Part shown: positions 51,421 to 62,262 of the stretch, in pieces | How the letters are laid out: every line of letters starts with the position of its first letter | How positions within the stretch are numbered: the first letter of the stretch is position 1 | Source of the DNA: Lepidodermella squamata | Lineage: Eukaryota; Animalia; Gastrotricha | DNA length: 64,000 nt | Reading direction: 5' to 3' | NCBI GenBank assembly: GCA_047495785.1 | Contig: JBLDXI010000011.1 | Coordinates: 744,001-808,000 of the forward strand | Notes under the pieces: generated by a model | The model's database searches: none | Told to the model about the DNA's origin: nothing | What the model saw: only the letters and a program-made list of their open reading frames with translations | Position numbers and translations under genes: made by a program

Positions 51421-52369
51421 TGGCTTATGAAACAGACACTTCGCGACACGCGGAGGTTATTTGAATCCGAGAAAGCTATTAAATGCCGCAGATTTTGCTT
51501 TTTGACATCGCCTCCGCATGTTTGTCAGTTCCGGATCTCGCATTTAAAATCACGATAGCGCTGGATTGTTGTCTGATGATATGAGTGTCAAAATCTCGGC
51601 TTCTTCTGCTTTCCTCGAATTCTTCGTTTTAAATTGAATAAATGAGCATTTTAGTTCGTATTCGTATTTGTATTCGTTTCAGTTTATTTTCAGAGCTTGG
51701 GATAGCGGTAAACTAAATTGATACCGAGATCAATCAATCCATCAATGATAACAAGTCAATGGGTATTTTCTAACCTTCAATAACTTAAAGAAACTCAATG
51801 CATCACGGCGTGCATCATTCCAAGCAGCATGAAAGATCGTCTTTCATCAGTGTAGAAAGTAGGCCAAGCTCCCACGTACGGATTGCATCTCATGACATAC
51901 AAACAGGTTGAAAAAATTGCGCTCGCGACGCTGCGCGTCGCTCGCATTTATTACGTATTACCACTTTATTTCACATCTTTTCTCATAACACTTTGATTTT
52001 GAGGCTCTCAGTTTTCATTTTTGTTTGATGAAAATTTTGTTTAGAATGGTTTCGCGCCTGTTGAAAGGAGCAGCCGGTCGAAGTCGACCTTCGATTGTTA
52101 GCCAGCCAACTTTTAGCATAGCCTAGTGGCTCGAAGTCAGCCAACCTCGGCCCATTGATAGAGACAAACATGAGAGCTGTTAAAATAAATTTTTATAGCT
52201 TGCTAAATTTCGCGGCTTAGTTACCAGCAACGGTCGATACTTGAAGGCGAAGTTTCGACAGCGTTTGACCGAGATGTGAAGAAGCGAGCGGAATTTCTCT
52301 GCGGCATTTAATAGCTTTCTCGGATTCAAATAACCTCCGCGTGTCGCGAAGTGTCTGTTTCATAAGCCA
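51421..52369. mobile_element. Non-autonomous DNA transposon with perfect ~72-bp TIRs and TA flanks
   Basis: TGGCTTATGAAACAGACAC...ATGCCGCAGA 51421-51492 is the exact reverse complement of 52298-52369. Confidence 0.85.
51691..52180 (-). mobile_element. 3' fragment of a hAT-type (ZNF862/KIAA1586-like) transposase nested inside the TIR element
   Basis: LMFVSINGPRLADFEPLGYAKSWL resembles the C-terminal tail of these transposases; CAGAGCTTG at 51691 is a possible hAT terminus. Confidence 0.55.
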
Positions 52370-54834
52370 TATTTGAGCGGAATTTGAGCCTGTAATGGTT
52401 GATGGAGCACAGCGGCTCCAATCAACTTTCCTCACATTTTGAAGTGTTGTTCATGTTTCACAGATAGACCAGTTTTGACAGTACGTTGTTCAAGGTCAAA
52501 ATCGGTTAATCCGACCGCCAGTGTGACGGTTTTAGCCAGTTTTCACCAAAGGCCGCCCTGAAACAACAGTGTAGTAGGCTATAGGCTATGTAAGCACGAG
52601 TGTTCTTGTCGCGTTTGAGAATGAAAGAGACGCATGGTGGGCACGAGTGCGTAATGGCGATAGGATATCAGCTGCTCGAAATTTCCGACAAAAAAAGTTC
52701 GAAAAGCCAACCGTCTAGTTAATTAGATGGCGATATCATTGAATAAAACAATATCCTTTCGAAATTGTTCACTGGGTTGATGCTAAGTTGTTAACGAAGT
52801 ATGTGCGTTGACCCTCATTTTTATTGTTAACACCTTCTGAACAGTTTTCAAAAGGAAAGGAAACCTCCTGAGATAATTGTTCCTTTCTAGTTAGTTATTT
52901 TTTTGCGAAAAATGGTGCAACACCAATGGTGTATTTTTGTCGTCCGCAGAACATTCTGCAATTTTCTCTGGTTTCCCGAACTTCCCGGCCAGCTAAGCCT
53001 AAAAGACTTAGGACTAAATCTTATAACGTCTTCTCTTTCGTCAGCTCATGCAACTGCAAATTTACCACAAGAAATCGCGGTTTGAACGATTTTTCTAACG
53101 ATTTTATGAGGATATTGTACTGTAATTAATTTAAATCTGTAATTCATCATTGCATCTCTCAAGTCTCAGTTTTCATGGTCGAATCGGCGCGCGCCCTTGT
53201 GATAAATAACTAATAATAAACGCGAATTAAACTTGGACAGGCGATATGAAGTTTTGAACGGTGCGGAATTTCAAAAAACAAATTAGATATTCTGATTCAG
53301 CGTGAAAATCTCAAAGTTAAGACCAATTTGCGCGCGTTTGTCTTTTTAAATGATGAGGAAATGCGGAAGAAATCGAAGTGAGCGCGCGGGCTTCAAACCG
53401 TACGTGTGTAGCGGTCACCTGCGCTCTTCTAGGTATAGACGAGAGAGGTGCGCGCTTCAACACCAAACATACACTCACACACGCGCACAAGCGAAATTGT
53501 TATTGATTGTTATTGAAATTGCATTCATTTGCTGAGCTTTTTGTAGCTATTGTAGCTCACCCAGAGTATTATTACGCGAACGCCCTGTAAAACTGGACAA
53601 TTTGAATTGCCTATGATCATGTTCAATTTATTAATGCTACGAGCCCTATATAGCATGGGGGCAATATATCGTTGGCAGCGCGGCAGAAGGAACCTTTAGG
53701 CTTGTTTATATGACGTCAGGCGGTAAACGTTAATGCCGTCGAAAAAAAGTGTCCGATCCATATCCAAAAGGCTATACAGGGGCAATAAAAATGCAGCAAT
53801 TTAACGTCAACTAATATGCGGAAAGTATTTTTTGCCTTGTATCGTTTCATCTAATACTAAGCGAATACTAACGTAATAACAGTAAAAAAAGATGATAATA
53901 AGAAGTTGAAGTTGTAAAAGTTAGTTGAATTAAATGACCGTTAACAAGTGAGAAGTGGGCTTTTGCGTATTTTCTGTAGGACGATTCCTCTAGTTTCTTA
54001 CTCAGATTTTCTCGAAGATGTTGAATTAAGAAAAGACCTCCAGGAAGCTCCCATCCACCTCAGAGACGTGAGATCACAAAGTGTCGCCAAAATGGCTTAT
54101 CGATTTCGACTGACGTGCTAGCATGACCTTAATTCCATCAATTTACTCGAGCGGCTGCAAAATCCCACGATGTCAAAGATTTAAACAAACCCCACTTTTC
54201 ACTTGTTCAAGAACCCAGGGCTGCAAAAAATGACCAACTGACGGAGTGACCGATTGACCGAACGACGCAATACAAAAAAAAATAGCAATAAATTTTTGCA
54301 GCGTAGAAAAAAACTTGTTATGATTCATCTACTCGACAGATCCGGACTATAATGAAACAAAATATAAAAAAGTAAGTAAAAAGTAAGTAAAAAAAGACTA
54401 AGGGTGCGTTTCTTTATGTCAATTTTATTTCATTTTTTAAAATAAAATGAAAATAAAATGTTCGTTTTATTGATATTCATCGTTTATGAATTTTTTGTGT
54501 TTTCACGTTTCTTTTCGTCATTTTATTTTATAAAATAGCGCAAATAAAGCACGCGTTTCATCGAAAAAATCCATTTTTTTTAGGTCAAGGAAAAACAGGG
54601 GGTAGAGCTGTTTTGGTCTTATTTTACACTTCGGTATTGCGGCATAATAACTGCTTTTGATTTACCATACATTCCATTGTATTATATTGCGCGCGCTAAC
54701 ATTTATGTTATTATACGCTGCGCCAAAGCGCGCATTCTGTTTATGAATATACTACGCACACATAGGAGTACTACCGTACCGCTTTTTTACTTCGAGCCTT
54801 AACGAATTTAAGTAGGTTTTATTGAAAAAACTTT

Positions 54835-55800
54835 GGATTTTCGTGGATGATGCTGGTATTTTGTGAGACCATCGTATGCCATAGCCCTTCATTAACAGTT
54901 TGCCTGAGATTCCCTTTTTTTGTTGGCTAGTTTTTTCGAAAAAACGAGTTTTTTGAGGGAAAATCTGACTTGGCTTGATGTTAGCAACCGTCGTTGAGCG
55001 GCTGATTAATTAGTATTTCATCTTGAGATGAACATTATTTCATGGTGCAAGGATGAGAGGCACTGAATCGAACAATTAACGCCGAGATGACATAGTTCCA
55101 ATCGATGACGTATTCTCCTCCTCAAAAATTATTGAAATTCAAGTTTTCCAGTAATTAATAATGAATTGGTGTAATACGTTAATTTCGTGGATGATGATGG
55201 CATTTTTTTGCTGAAAATCGAAGTCGAGAACCAAACCATTGATTATGTTGGGTGAAAAATAAATTCTTGTGGCTAGCTTATTTACAGCTGTCACATAATT
55301 CTAAGAAACAGGAAACATGTTTACACATTCGACGACATTTTCTGTTCATTAGGAAAAATGTAGCCAGCAATTGTTAATGTTCAACCCTTAGTACCATTCG
55401 ACAGGTCCTTCGCACTGATATTCAGTGGAAAAATGTAGTAGTCATCCACGAAATCACTAAGCTACACCGATTCCAATTTGAATACTGAAAATCTTACCTT
55501 GCTGTCTTAATTCACAGGAGAACATGAACCATAGGTTAAAACCATGTCATTTTCTCGTCGATTGTTCTCTTCAGTGCCTGTCATCTCTTCAATAGAGTGA
55601 ATTTTCATTCAAAGATGAAATAGTAATAAACTAGTGGCTGAAAGACGAAACCGAACTTCATGTCTAGTCAAAATTTCCCTATAAAATCTCGATTTAAGAA
55701 AAACCCAGCCTGTAAAATCGAGAAATTCTTTATAAACTAGTTAAACCAGACCCTAACCATTCAGGATTCTAAATAAAATAATTAAATCATCCTCGAAATT
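54835..55800. repeat. Decayed ~1-kb palindrome (foldback) centred on AAACATGTTT at 55313-55322
   Basis: Arm pairs with constant coordinate sum ~110636: 54840/55790 (CGTGGATGAT/ATCATCCTCG), 55015/55615, 55060/55575, 55185/55445. Confidence 0.6.
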
Positions 55801-56010
55801 AAACAGATATTAATTGAAAACCCCGCAAATCTGGCTAAAAGTCAAAATTTTCATGCAAATTCTCGTTTTGAGAAAAAAGCAGCCAGTGAAATCTAGCAAT
55901 TTTTCTTAAACCAGTTGAACCAAACCCTAACAATTCAGAATTCTAAAAAAAGTAATTATGTCATCCTCGAATTTAAAAAGATGTTAAATGAAAATCGCGC
56001 CAAATTGGCT
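55724..56010. repeat. Two-copy direct repeat, ~175-bp period
   Basis: AAC(T/C)AGTT.AACCA.ACCCTAAC.ATTCAG.ATTCTAAA...TCATCCTCGAA at ~55734 and ~55909. Confidence 0.7.
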
Positions 56011-57090
56011 GTGGCTCCAATATTACACGATGAAAACGATATCGTAGAACTCATGTGTGCGCAACAAAGCGCTTTATATAACGTGCCTTACGGCGGAGTA
56101 TAGAAGAAAAACACGCAATTTCCGCTGATTGCTGCTGTATACATCCCATTATAAAGCGGCGTTACGGTTTTTATCGCGTTTTCACATCATTTTTCTACAA
56201 AATCACTCATTACTTACGGATTTCATTAACATATTTCACGGCGAAATTTTGTTTTCAGCTAAAAAAATCAAATTTTTGAATTTTCGAGCAAATTAAGGAA
56301 GTAGTCGGAAAATCGGCAATGTGCTATTCTAGGGACTGATGCGCATTTTTCTCATCAATTTCTGATTTCACTAAAAGTTTCAAACCCACTATTTTTCAAT
56401 GAAATTACAGAAAAACATGGCTAGTCAATTGGACCCCGCCGGACAGGCCTGTAATGTCAGATAGAGTCCAACTGAAGCGCATTGTAATAATGTCGGTTTT
56501 TTGTGGCGGGAACATCGCGAGAATACGCGGATGAATCAAATGACGACGTGGGCTTGCTAGTCATTTATCGACGATGATGTGACTGGCGATTACTTCAAGC
56601 CATTAGTGGACGTTGTTGCAGCGGGGAGAGTGGGAGAGTCGCGAAAACGAGTACACGATGCAATACTTGCACTCGATACTCGATACTCCGTACGCCGTAC
56701 TCGATTTACTCATCTTCACTCGTCTCCGACTCGTTCCGATTCGTAAATCTCGACCGGCTCCGTTCAGAGATGAACTTTTTACTCATGTTATACATTATAG
56801 GCCGGGTTTCGTAAGGTCAAAGTCCAAAGCATGATTCACGCTATTGAAATAATGCAGCTGGTTGTTAAAATAATTTTTCAAATTCTCCAGATTCTCCAGA
56901 TTATTGAAAAGTATCTTGAGAATGCTGGCTTATTTTTTATAGTGGAATTTCTAAAATAGTTTGAAAAATCTGAAAAATTTGAAAAATAAGGCTACACAGG
57001 AAACGTTACAGAGTAGTGCTATTTTTAAACGTCACGCGCTATATTTAGAGATGTACTTTGACCCTGCAAACCCGGCCCACAATGTACCTT

Positions 57091-57538
57091 AAAATATCGA
57101 ATTGGCTCGGCCTATATTTTTGAGGACAATTCTATATTTGTATGGTATAACATTCGTAAATCGTTTATATCTGAACTCGCCGCACTCGATTTACTCATCT
57201 CAACTCGCCTCCGGCTCGTTTCGATTCGTAAATCTCGGCCGGCTCCGTTCAGATATGAACTTTTTACTCATGTTATACCATACAAATATTGCATGAGCAC
57301 ATCTGCTAACACTTTATTTTTAAAACGAATGCTATATTTGTATGGTATGACATGAGTAAAACGTTTATATCTGTACGGAGCCGCCCGAGATTTACGAGTC
57401 GTGACGAGCCGGAGGCGAGTTACGAAGAGTAAATCGAGTGCGGCGAGTTCAGATATGAACGATTTACGAATGTTATACCGTAAAATATCGAATTGTCAAA
57501 GCAACTCGACCTATATTTTTGACGACAATTCTATATTT
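57091..57538. repeat. Inverted pair of ~155-bp MITE-like units (57134-57289, 57334-57488) flanked by ~50-bp direct repeats; third partial copy at ~56690-56793
   Basis: Each unit has TIR ATATTTGTATGGTAT(A/G)ACAT, and unit 2 is the reverse complement of unit 1. AAAATATCGAATTG..CTCG.CCTATATTTTTGA.GACAATTCTATATTT occurs at 57091 and 57482. Confidence 0.75.
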
Positions 57539-58740
57539 CCTAATAACGCTATCAACAAGATTTCTCGAATTTGAATCTTAAACGACCAAATCGACAGAAC
57601 CGACAGTTCACTGAGAAGACCAAAAGATTGAGATTGGGAGTTGCGCACGTTAGAGAATAAATGGTTTGCAAGAAAACAGGTTTGGTTATTCGAAAACGTA
57701 GCTCAGCTGACAAAATGCAAGTGCAAGTTGGGTTGTTCAGTCTAACTCACTTTGCAGTCGCTCGAAGCTTTGCAAACAGCTTGTCCGAAAATAAAAATTC
57801 AAACACCAAACGAATTGTAATGGCCGCTATGTCTTCGCTACCTCTAGAACTGGCACTAGACATAACTGTACTTACTGTGTTTGTGCGAAATTGGGGGAAA
57901 TTCTAATCTTTTTCATTATGAAGAAAATCGAGAAGAATTGCATAACATGGATTGAATATTTGGGTTCAGCGTATCACGTTGAGCTAGGTTGCACAGTTCA
58001 GCGCGACTACGAATAAAATGCGCAATAAATTGGTAGAATAAATCGTACAATTGTTAGTGCGCATGCGTGTGTGTTTGTGTGGTGTGTGTTGCTGCGCGCT
58101 CACAGCCTCTTGTCTCTTTAAGCCAAGTTCGTGCGATCAGTGAATCATTCATCCTATAAGCGCGCGCATCGGTTCGCCTACGAGAACTGAGTCCTAAAAC
58201 TTGAAATAATTTCTGATTCATATTAACGCGAGCACACGCCACTTTACATGCCAACTGCCAAATCAACAGATTTTCTTTGTTAACATATTCTTTTTTCTCT
58301 AAATCAAGATTTTGACGAGAAAATTCAAACTTGAAAACTATTTTCAATTTTTACGGTGGATGATGCAGAACATTTTATGAGACTACCTAAAAGCCAAAAT
58401 TGCAACCCAGCCTTCTCGATTAAAATCATTGTTCCCCTGCCTTGGTACCAGTCTTTCAGATTTCTTGAATCAAGAAATTGTATACCACGTTAGGAGGATA
58501 GGGGCACACTACAGCGGGTCCACGAATTACGTGCTGTTTGAGCGTAAAAATTAGCATTATAAGACTTACAAAGACATTTACATCCGCCGCTGCTTAATTC
58601 ACCTATTTTAGCTAAATATCGAGAATAAAAGCATTTTTTTTCTAGCAACATTTTCATTTTGTTCATATAAGAGCACCTTTTTTCCTCACTTTTTTCACTT
58701 TTCCTATTTTTCTCATTTGTTAACTTTCATATTTTCTAAT

Positions 58741-59702
58741 ATGAATGAATGCTCCTCAAAATCATTCAATTTTGACATCGGATCCCCTAACTTTGCTGAT
58801 ATTTTTAATTCCAACTCTACGTCCTCGCCATCATCACCAACCAGACACGAGCTACCGCCTCCGTCCGCAGTCAAAGGCAAACCCGCTTCTCGAAAGAGCA
58901 TAATTAATCAATCAATTAAGAAAAAGTCGAAGGCATCTGTAATAGTTAAACCTAATCTGAAGCCACAAGACAGTTTCATTGCCATCTGTTTCACACCCAA
59001 CATCAACACGTCTCTATGCGAGGCGATTGATAAATGTCTCAACATTGCTGGTTCTGTCTGTTCCAGACACAATTTCCAGACTCCTGGCATTATTTTTCTT
59101 CACCAGAGCACAAAGACATCACCACCGTCGCTCTCCCCGGCAATGCCGTCATCGACATAAAGCTCGAACTGGTCAATACAATAACAATTTGTTCCCTTCA
59201 AACTAAGTTAGACCTAAAACAGCTATGCTACCTACTTAAAAACTGTGAATATAAGCCGAAAAAAATGACTTCAGCTCTCTTTATAAGAGTCAAAAATCCA
59301 CTAATAACGCTTATGCTATATTCGTCCGGCACCCTCATATGTACAGGTGCCCGGTCGCTTGCTATAGCCAGAAAAGCTATTCGAAAAATTGCGCGAAAAA
59401 TTCTAATAGCTGGTTATCCAGTCAAACTCTCAAGTATTAAAATAAAAAATTTGGTCTTTACTGGAAAGCTTCCATTTCAGACTAATCTAAGTCATATTGC
59501 TGCCGCACACTCTAATTTCCTAATATATCATCCAGAGAAATTTCCCGCCTTAAGAACTCGCCCTCTTCAATGTAATGCCAAACATTCCCTCTCAATTCTT
59601 CTTTTTCATACCAACAAAATTATCATCACTGGTGTTCACAGCTTTGGAACAACAGCGTCATTGATTAAAGCATTTATCGCGTTATTTCTATTAAAAAAAT
59701 AA
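58741..59702 (+). CDS. Divergent TATA-binding protein (TBP-like) (exons 58741..59050, 59107..59702)
   Basis: Both TBP repeats present: LVNTITICSLQTKLDLKQL..NCEYKPKK..IRVKNP..LMLYSSGTLICTGARS..ARKAIRKIARKI..GYPVK..KIKNLVFT..YHPEKFPAL..LLFHTNKIIITG. A 56-nt GT-AG intron joins the two ORF-track frames. TATAAG at ~58666. Confidence 0.88.
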
Positions 59703-59816
59703 TTTAGGTAGGAAAAAAATAGCCCAGACAGCACGCGATCTCGATTAATGCCTTGCCTGCTTTCTAACAAAATCAAACTCAGTCTTCATATAATTTTCTG
59801 CGTCGATCAGTCAACC

Positions 59817-60157
59817 ATGCATCTTTCAACTGAGCGTAATTACAAATATTTTGCTCATTTTTCATCTAATTCCCATTGTTTTTTTTCACAGGTCTTCAAA
59901 TTGTTCTACTTTCCTGCTGCCTACTCTCGGCTATTATCGACGTCTCACTGCAAGTATACAACTTCAGCGTCAATAGTACTACTACTCAAGCTGTCACCGA
60001 ACTTGCCCAAGTCATCCATGCATTTCACCAATTAAGTATGGGGAAAATTATCGAGCTTGAAAGCCACAATGTATTTTTATTGAATAACCTGTTTGGCTTT
60101 ATGATGAACTGCTCTGCCCTACCTTGCCATACCGTTCGGAGAAATAAAAATACCTAA
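59817..60157 (+). CDS. Small hydrophobic (secreted/membrane) protein (exons 59817..59835, 59892..; 3' end uncertain)
   Basis: ATG micro-exon and 56-nt GT-AG intron give MHLSTERLQIVLLSCCLLSAIIDVSLQVYNFSVNST... Confidence 0.4.
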
Positions 60158-60170
60158 TTTCTGCCTTTGA

Positions 60171-60855
60171 TCAATTTATTATTTTTTCAAGCAATAACTT
60201 CATATCAATTTGTTCCTTATCGGTTTCAGACAACATTATTTTACTCCCAGCTGAAAAATCGTCAAAAAATTGGTCAAAACTTTTATCCATAGCAGCTAAG
60301 TGCTCCATATCTATCGAAGTCTCACCATCTCTCCCACGCATCTGGATCCTTTGTTGCAAAATCGACAATGGGGCCTTCAAAAACAACATTCTCGACGGCT
60401 TTGGTGCCCACTCATCTAACGGCGTGTAGATACAACGCAGCATATTCAGTTCCGTATCCGTCAAATAACCGCTGAATAAAATAATGAAAATTGATATTTT
60501 TCCTAATTTACTCAAGACCATACCGCGAATATGCCAACTTCACAAAGACGTGAGGGGATGTAAGCCAACAGCGATCACTGACTACGACAATATTTCGCTC
60601 CAAACGGCCAATCTCGACGGTTTGCCTAGCCATGGCTCCATGAACTAAACATTGTAGGTCGAATGCGTACCGATGTGGATCTTTATAATATGCAGCCAAT
60701 AGATCACCTCGCTGCTGCCATTCTTTAACCGGTTCTTCAAAATAACGAATTTCACGGCCATTAAACTGCTCCCCAATCTCCCTTTGCATGCGACTTAAAA
60801 GCCAACTTTTACCTACGCCAACACAGCCGTCGATGAAACACCACACTCGAGACAT
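60171..60855 (-). CDS. Deoxynucleoside kinase (dNK family) (exons 60855..60524, 60471..60171)
   Basis: IDGCVGVGKS P-loop, EEPVKEW, YYKDPHRYAFDLQ, SDRC, lid RIQMRGRDGE; 52-nt GT-AG intron. Confidence 0.9.
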
Positions 60856-61216
60856 TCGTTTGAAAAAATTGAAAATATTGAAAATATATAAAAAATGAAA
60901 AATACAACCTGGACCTACTGCTGTTAAATCACCAAGTTAATGACTAAGCAGGTGGTTTACTTGTTTACAATAACAATAATCTCATCAACTCTGTTAAGTT
61001 TAATGACAGTTATTAAGCACTACAGAGCTATAAACAATCCTAAGTTACATTCAAAATAGCGGTCAGACTTGTCGAAATGCCTCCGAGCTATTAGGCTCCA
61101 GGCCATTTTTCACCTGTAATACGAGACTGACCATCTCATTTTAGCCTATCACAGCCCTATTTAAAGATCAAATTATTTCATTTTTTTATTCAATTTTTGT
61201 TTAAATCTTTATTAAA

Positions 61217-62122
61217 ATGAACACTCTTTCCAAAATGCACTGCATTGTAGCTTCGTTCGGGTCGTCATATGCCATAAATTTTCGGCCGCCCGGCACGATA
61301 TGGATAAACAACCGCGTGTCCCAACATCGCCATTTCACAGCAGATGCTAAAGATTTTCTGGCTGCGCTCAAGCTCCACTTCATCGAAGACACAGAGTGGA
61401 TCGGGCAGCTTGAAATCGCCATCGCGGATCCAAGCTACGAGTTTCCCGAACGTCATTTGATAGCTGAATTAGTCCGACTCTCCATACAACGAGCACCAGC
61501 TCTTCCAGCCAGAGTCGCCATCCGTTATTTCACTCGCCCTTACGGCTGTAAATTTAAATTATATATTAGTACTTAAAATTTTCTATTCAATGAAATCTTA
61601 GCTAATACGGGCGTCAGCTATCCTACAGTTAATGGCATTCTTATAGACGCAGCATCATTCCGACATCTATATACCGAGGTTTTGCCCGGCTTCATTCGAG
61701 ACGTAGACAGCCAGCTAGAAATTCTCCAGAGCACTATGACACCAGGGAACAAGAAAAATGCAACGACCCTCACTAAAAAGAAAGCACCATCCAACGCTAT
61801 TAAAAAAGCAGCAGTCCCCTCCACTCCAACGAGTTCTCTGGTCAAAAAGAAGAGCCTCAAAAAATCTACTACCAAGGAACAATCGCCCAAACTACTCATG
61901 ATAGCCTCAGCTGCCAGCGACAGTCGATATGAATCAACGCAACAAAGTCTTCAAAAATCTGAGGTTCAATCCCCTATAGTGATCCCACCTGCCAAACAAC
62001 CGTCTAAGAAAATGGAAGAAGAGGAAGAGGCGTCAGATAACAGCGAGCCCGAGCCTGAAATGGAGGAAGATGACGAGGATGGGTACCAAGTGGATGAAGA
62101 CGAGGTCATTCTCATCGAATGA
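61217..62122 (+). CDS. Protein with PC4/Sub1-like ssDNA-binding motif, basic linker and acidic tail (exons 61217..61547, 61602..62122)
   Basis: A 54-nt intron joins the frames to give VAIRYFTRPYGSNTGVSYPTVNGILIDAASFRHL, compared with the PC4 pattern VDIREYW...KPGRKGISL...W..L. Lys-rich middle; Glu/Asp-rich C-terminus. Confidence 0.6.
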
Positions 62123-62262
62123 CGTCACATCAGCAATAAGACTACAATAACTATAATATTTAATATTGAAAGATCAAGTTTTTTCCCCCTATATAGTTTT
62201 TTCTTGCTCTCTCAATATACAAGTCTAATAATAATAAATTTTATTCTCAATTTTTTTCTTAG

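Noticed and set aside
56690-57540. Repeat cluster as a CRISPR array
   Set aside because: Eukaryotic context; units are inverted MITE-like copies with no regular repeat-spacer pattern.
53430-58120. CA/GT-rich segments at ~53440-53490 and ~58055-58115 as TIRs of a 4.7-kb element
   Set aside because: Similarity is short and mostly low-complexity; no TSD found.
59034-59160. TBP as a frameshifted pseudogene
   Set aside because: A canonical 56-nt GT-AG intron joins the two frames in phase.
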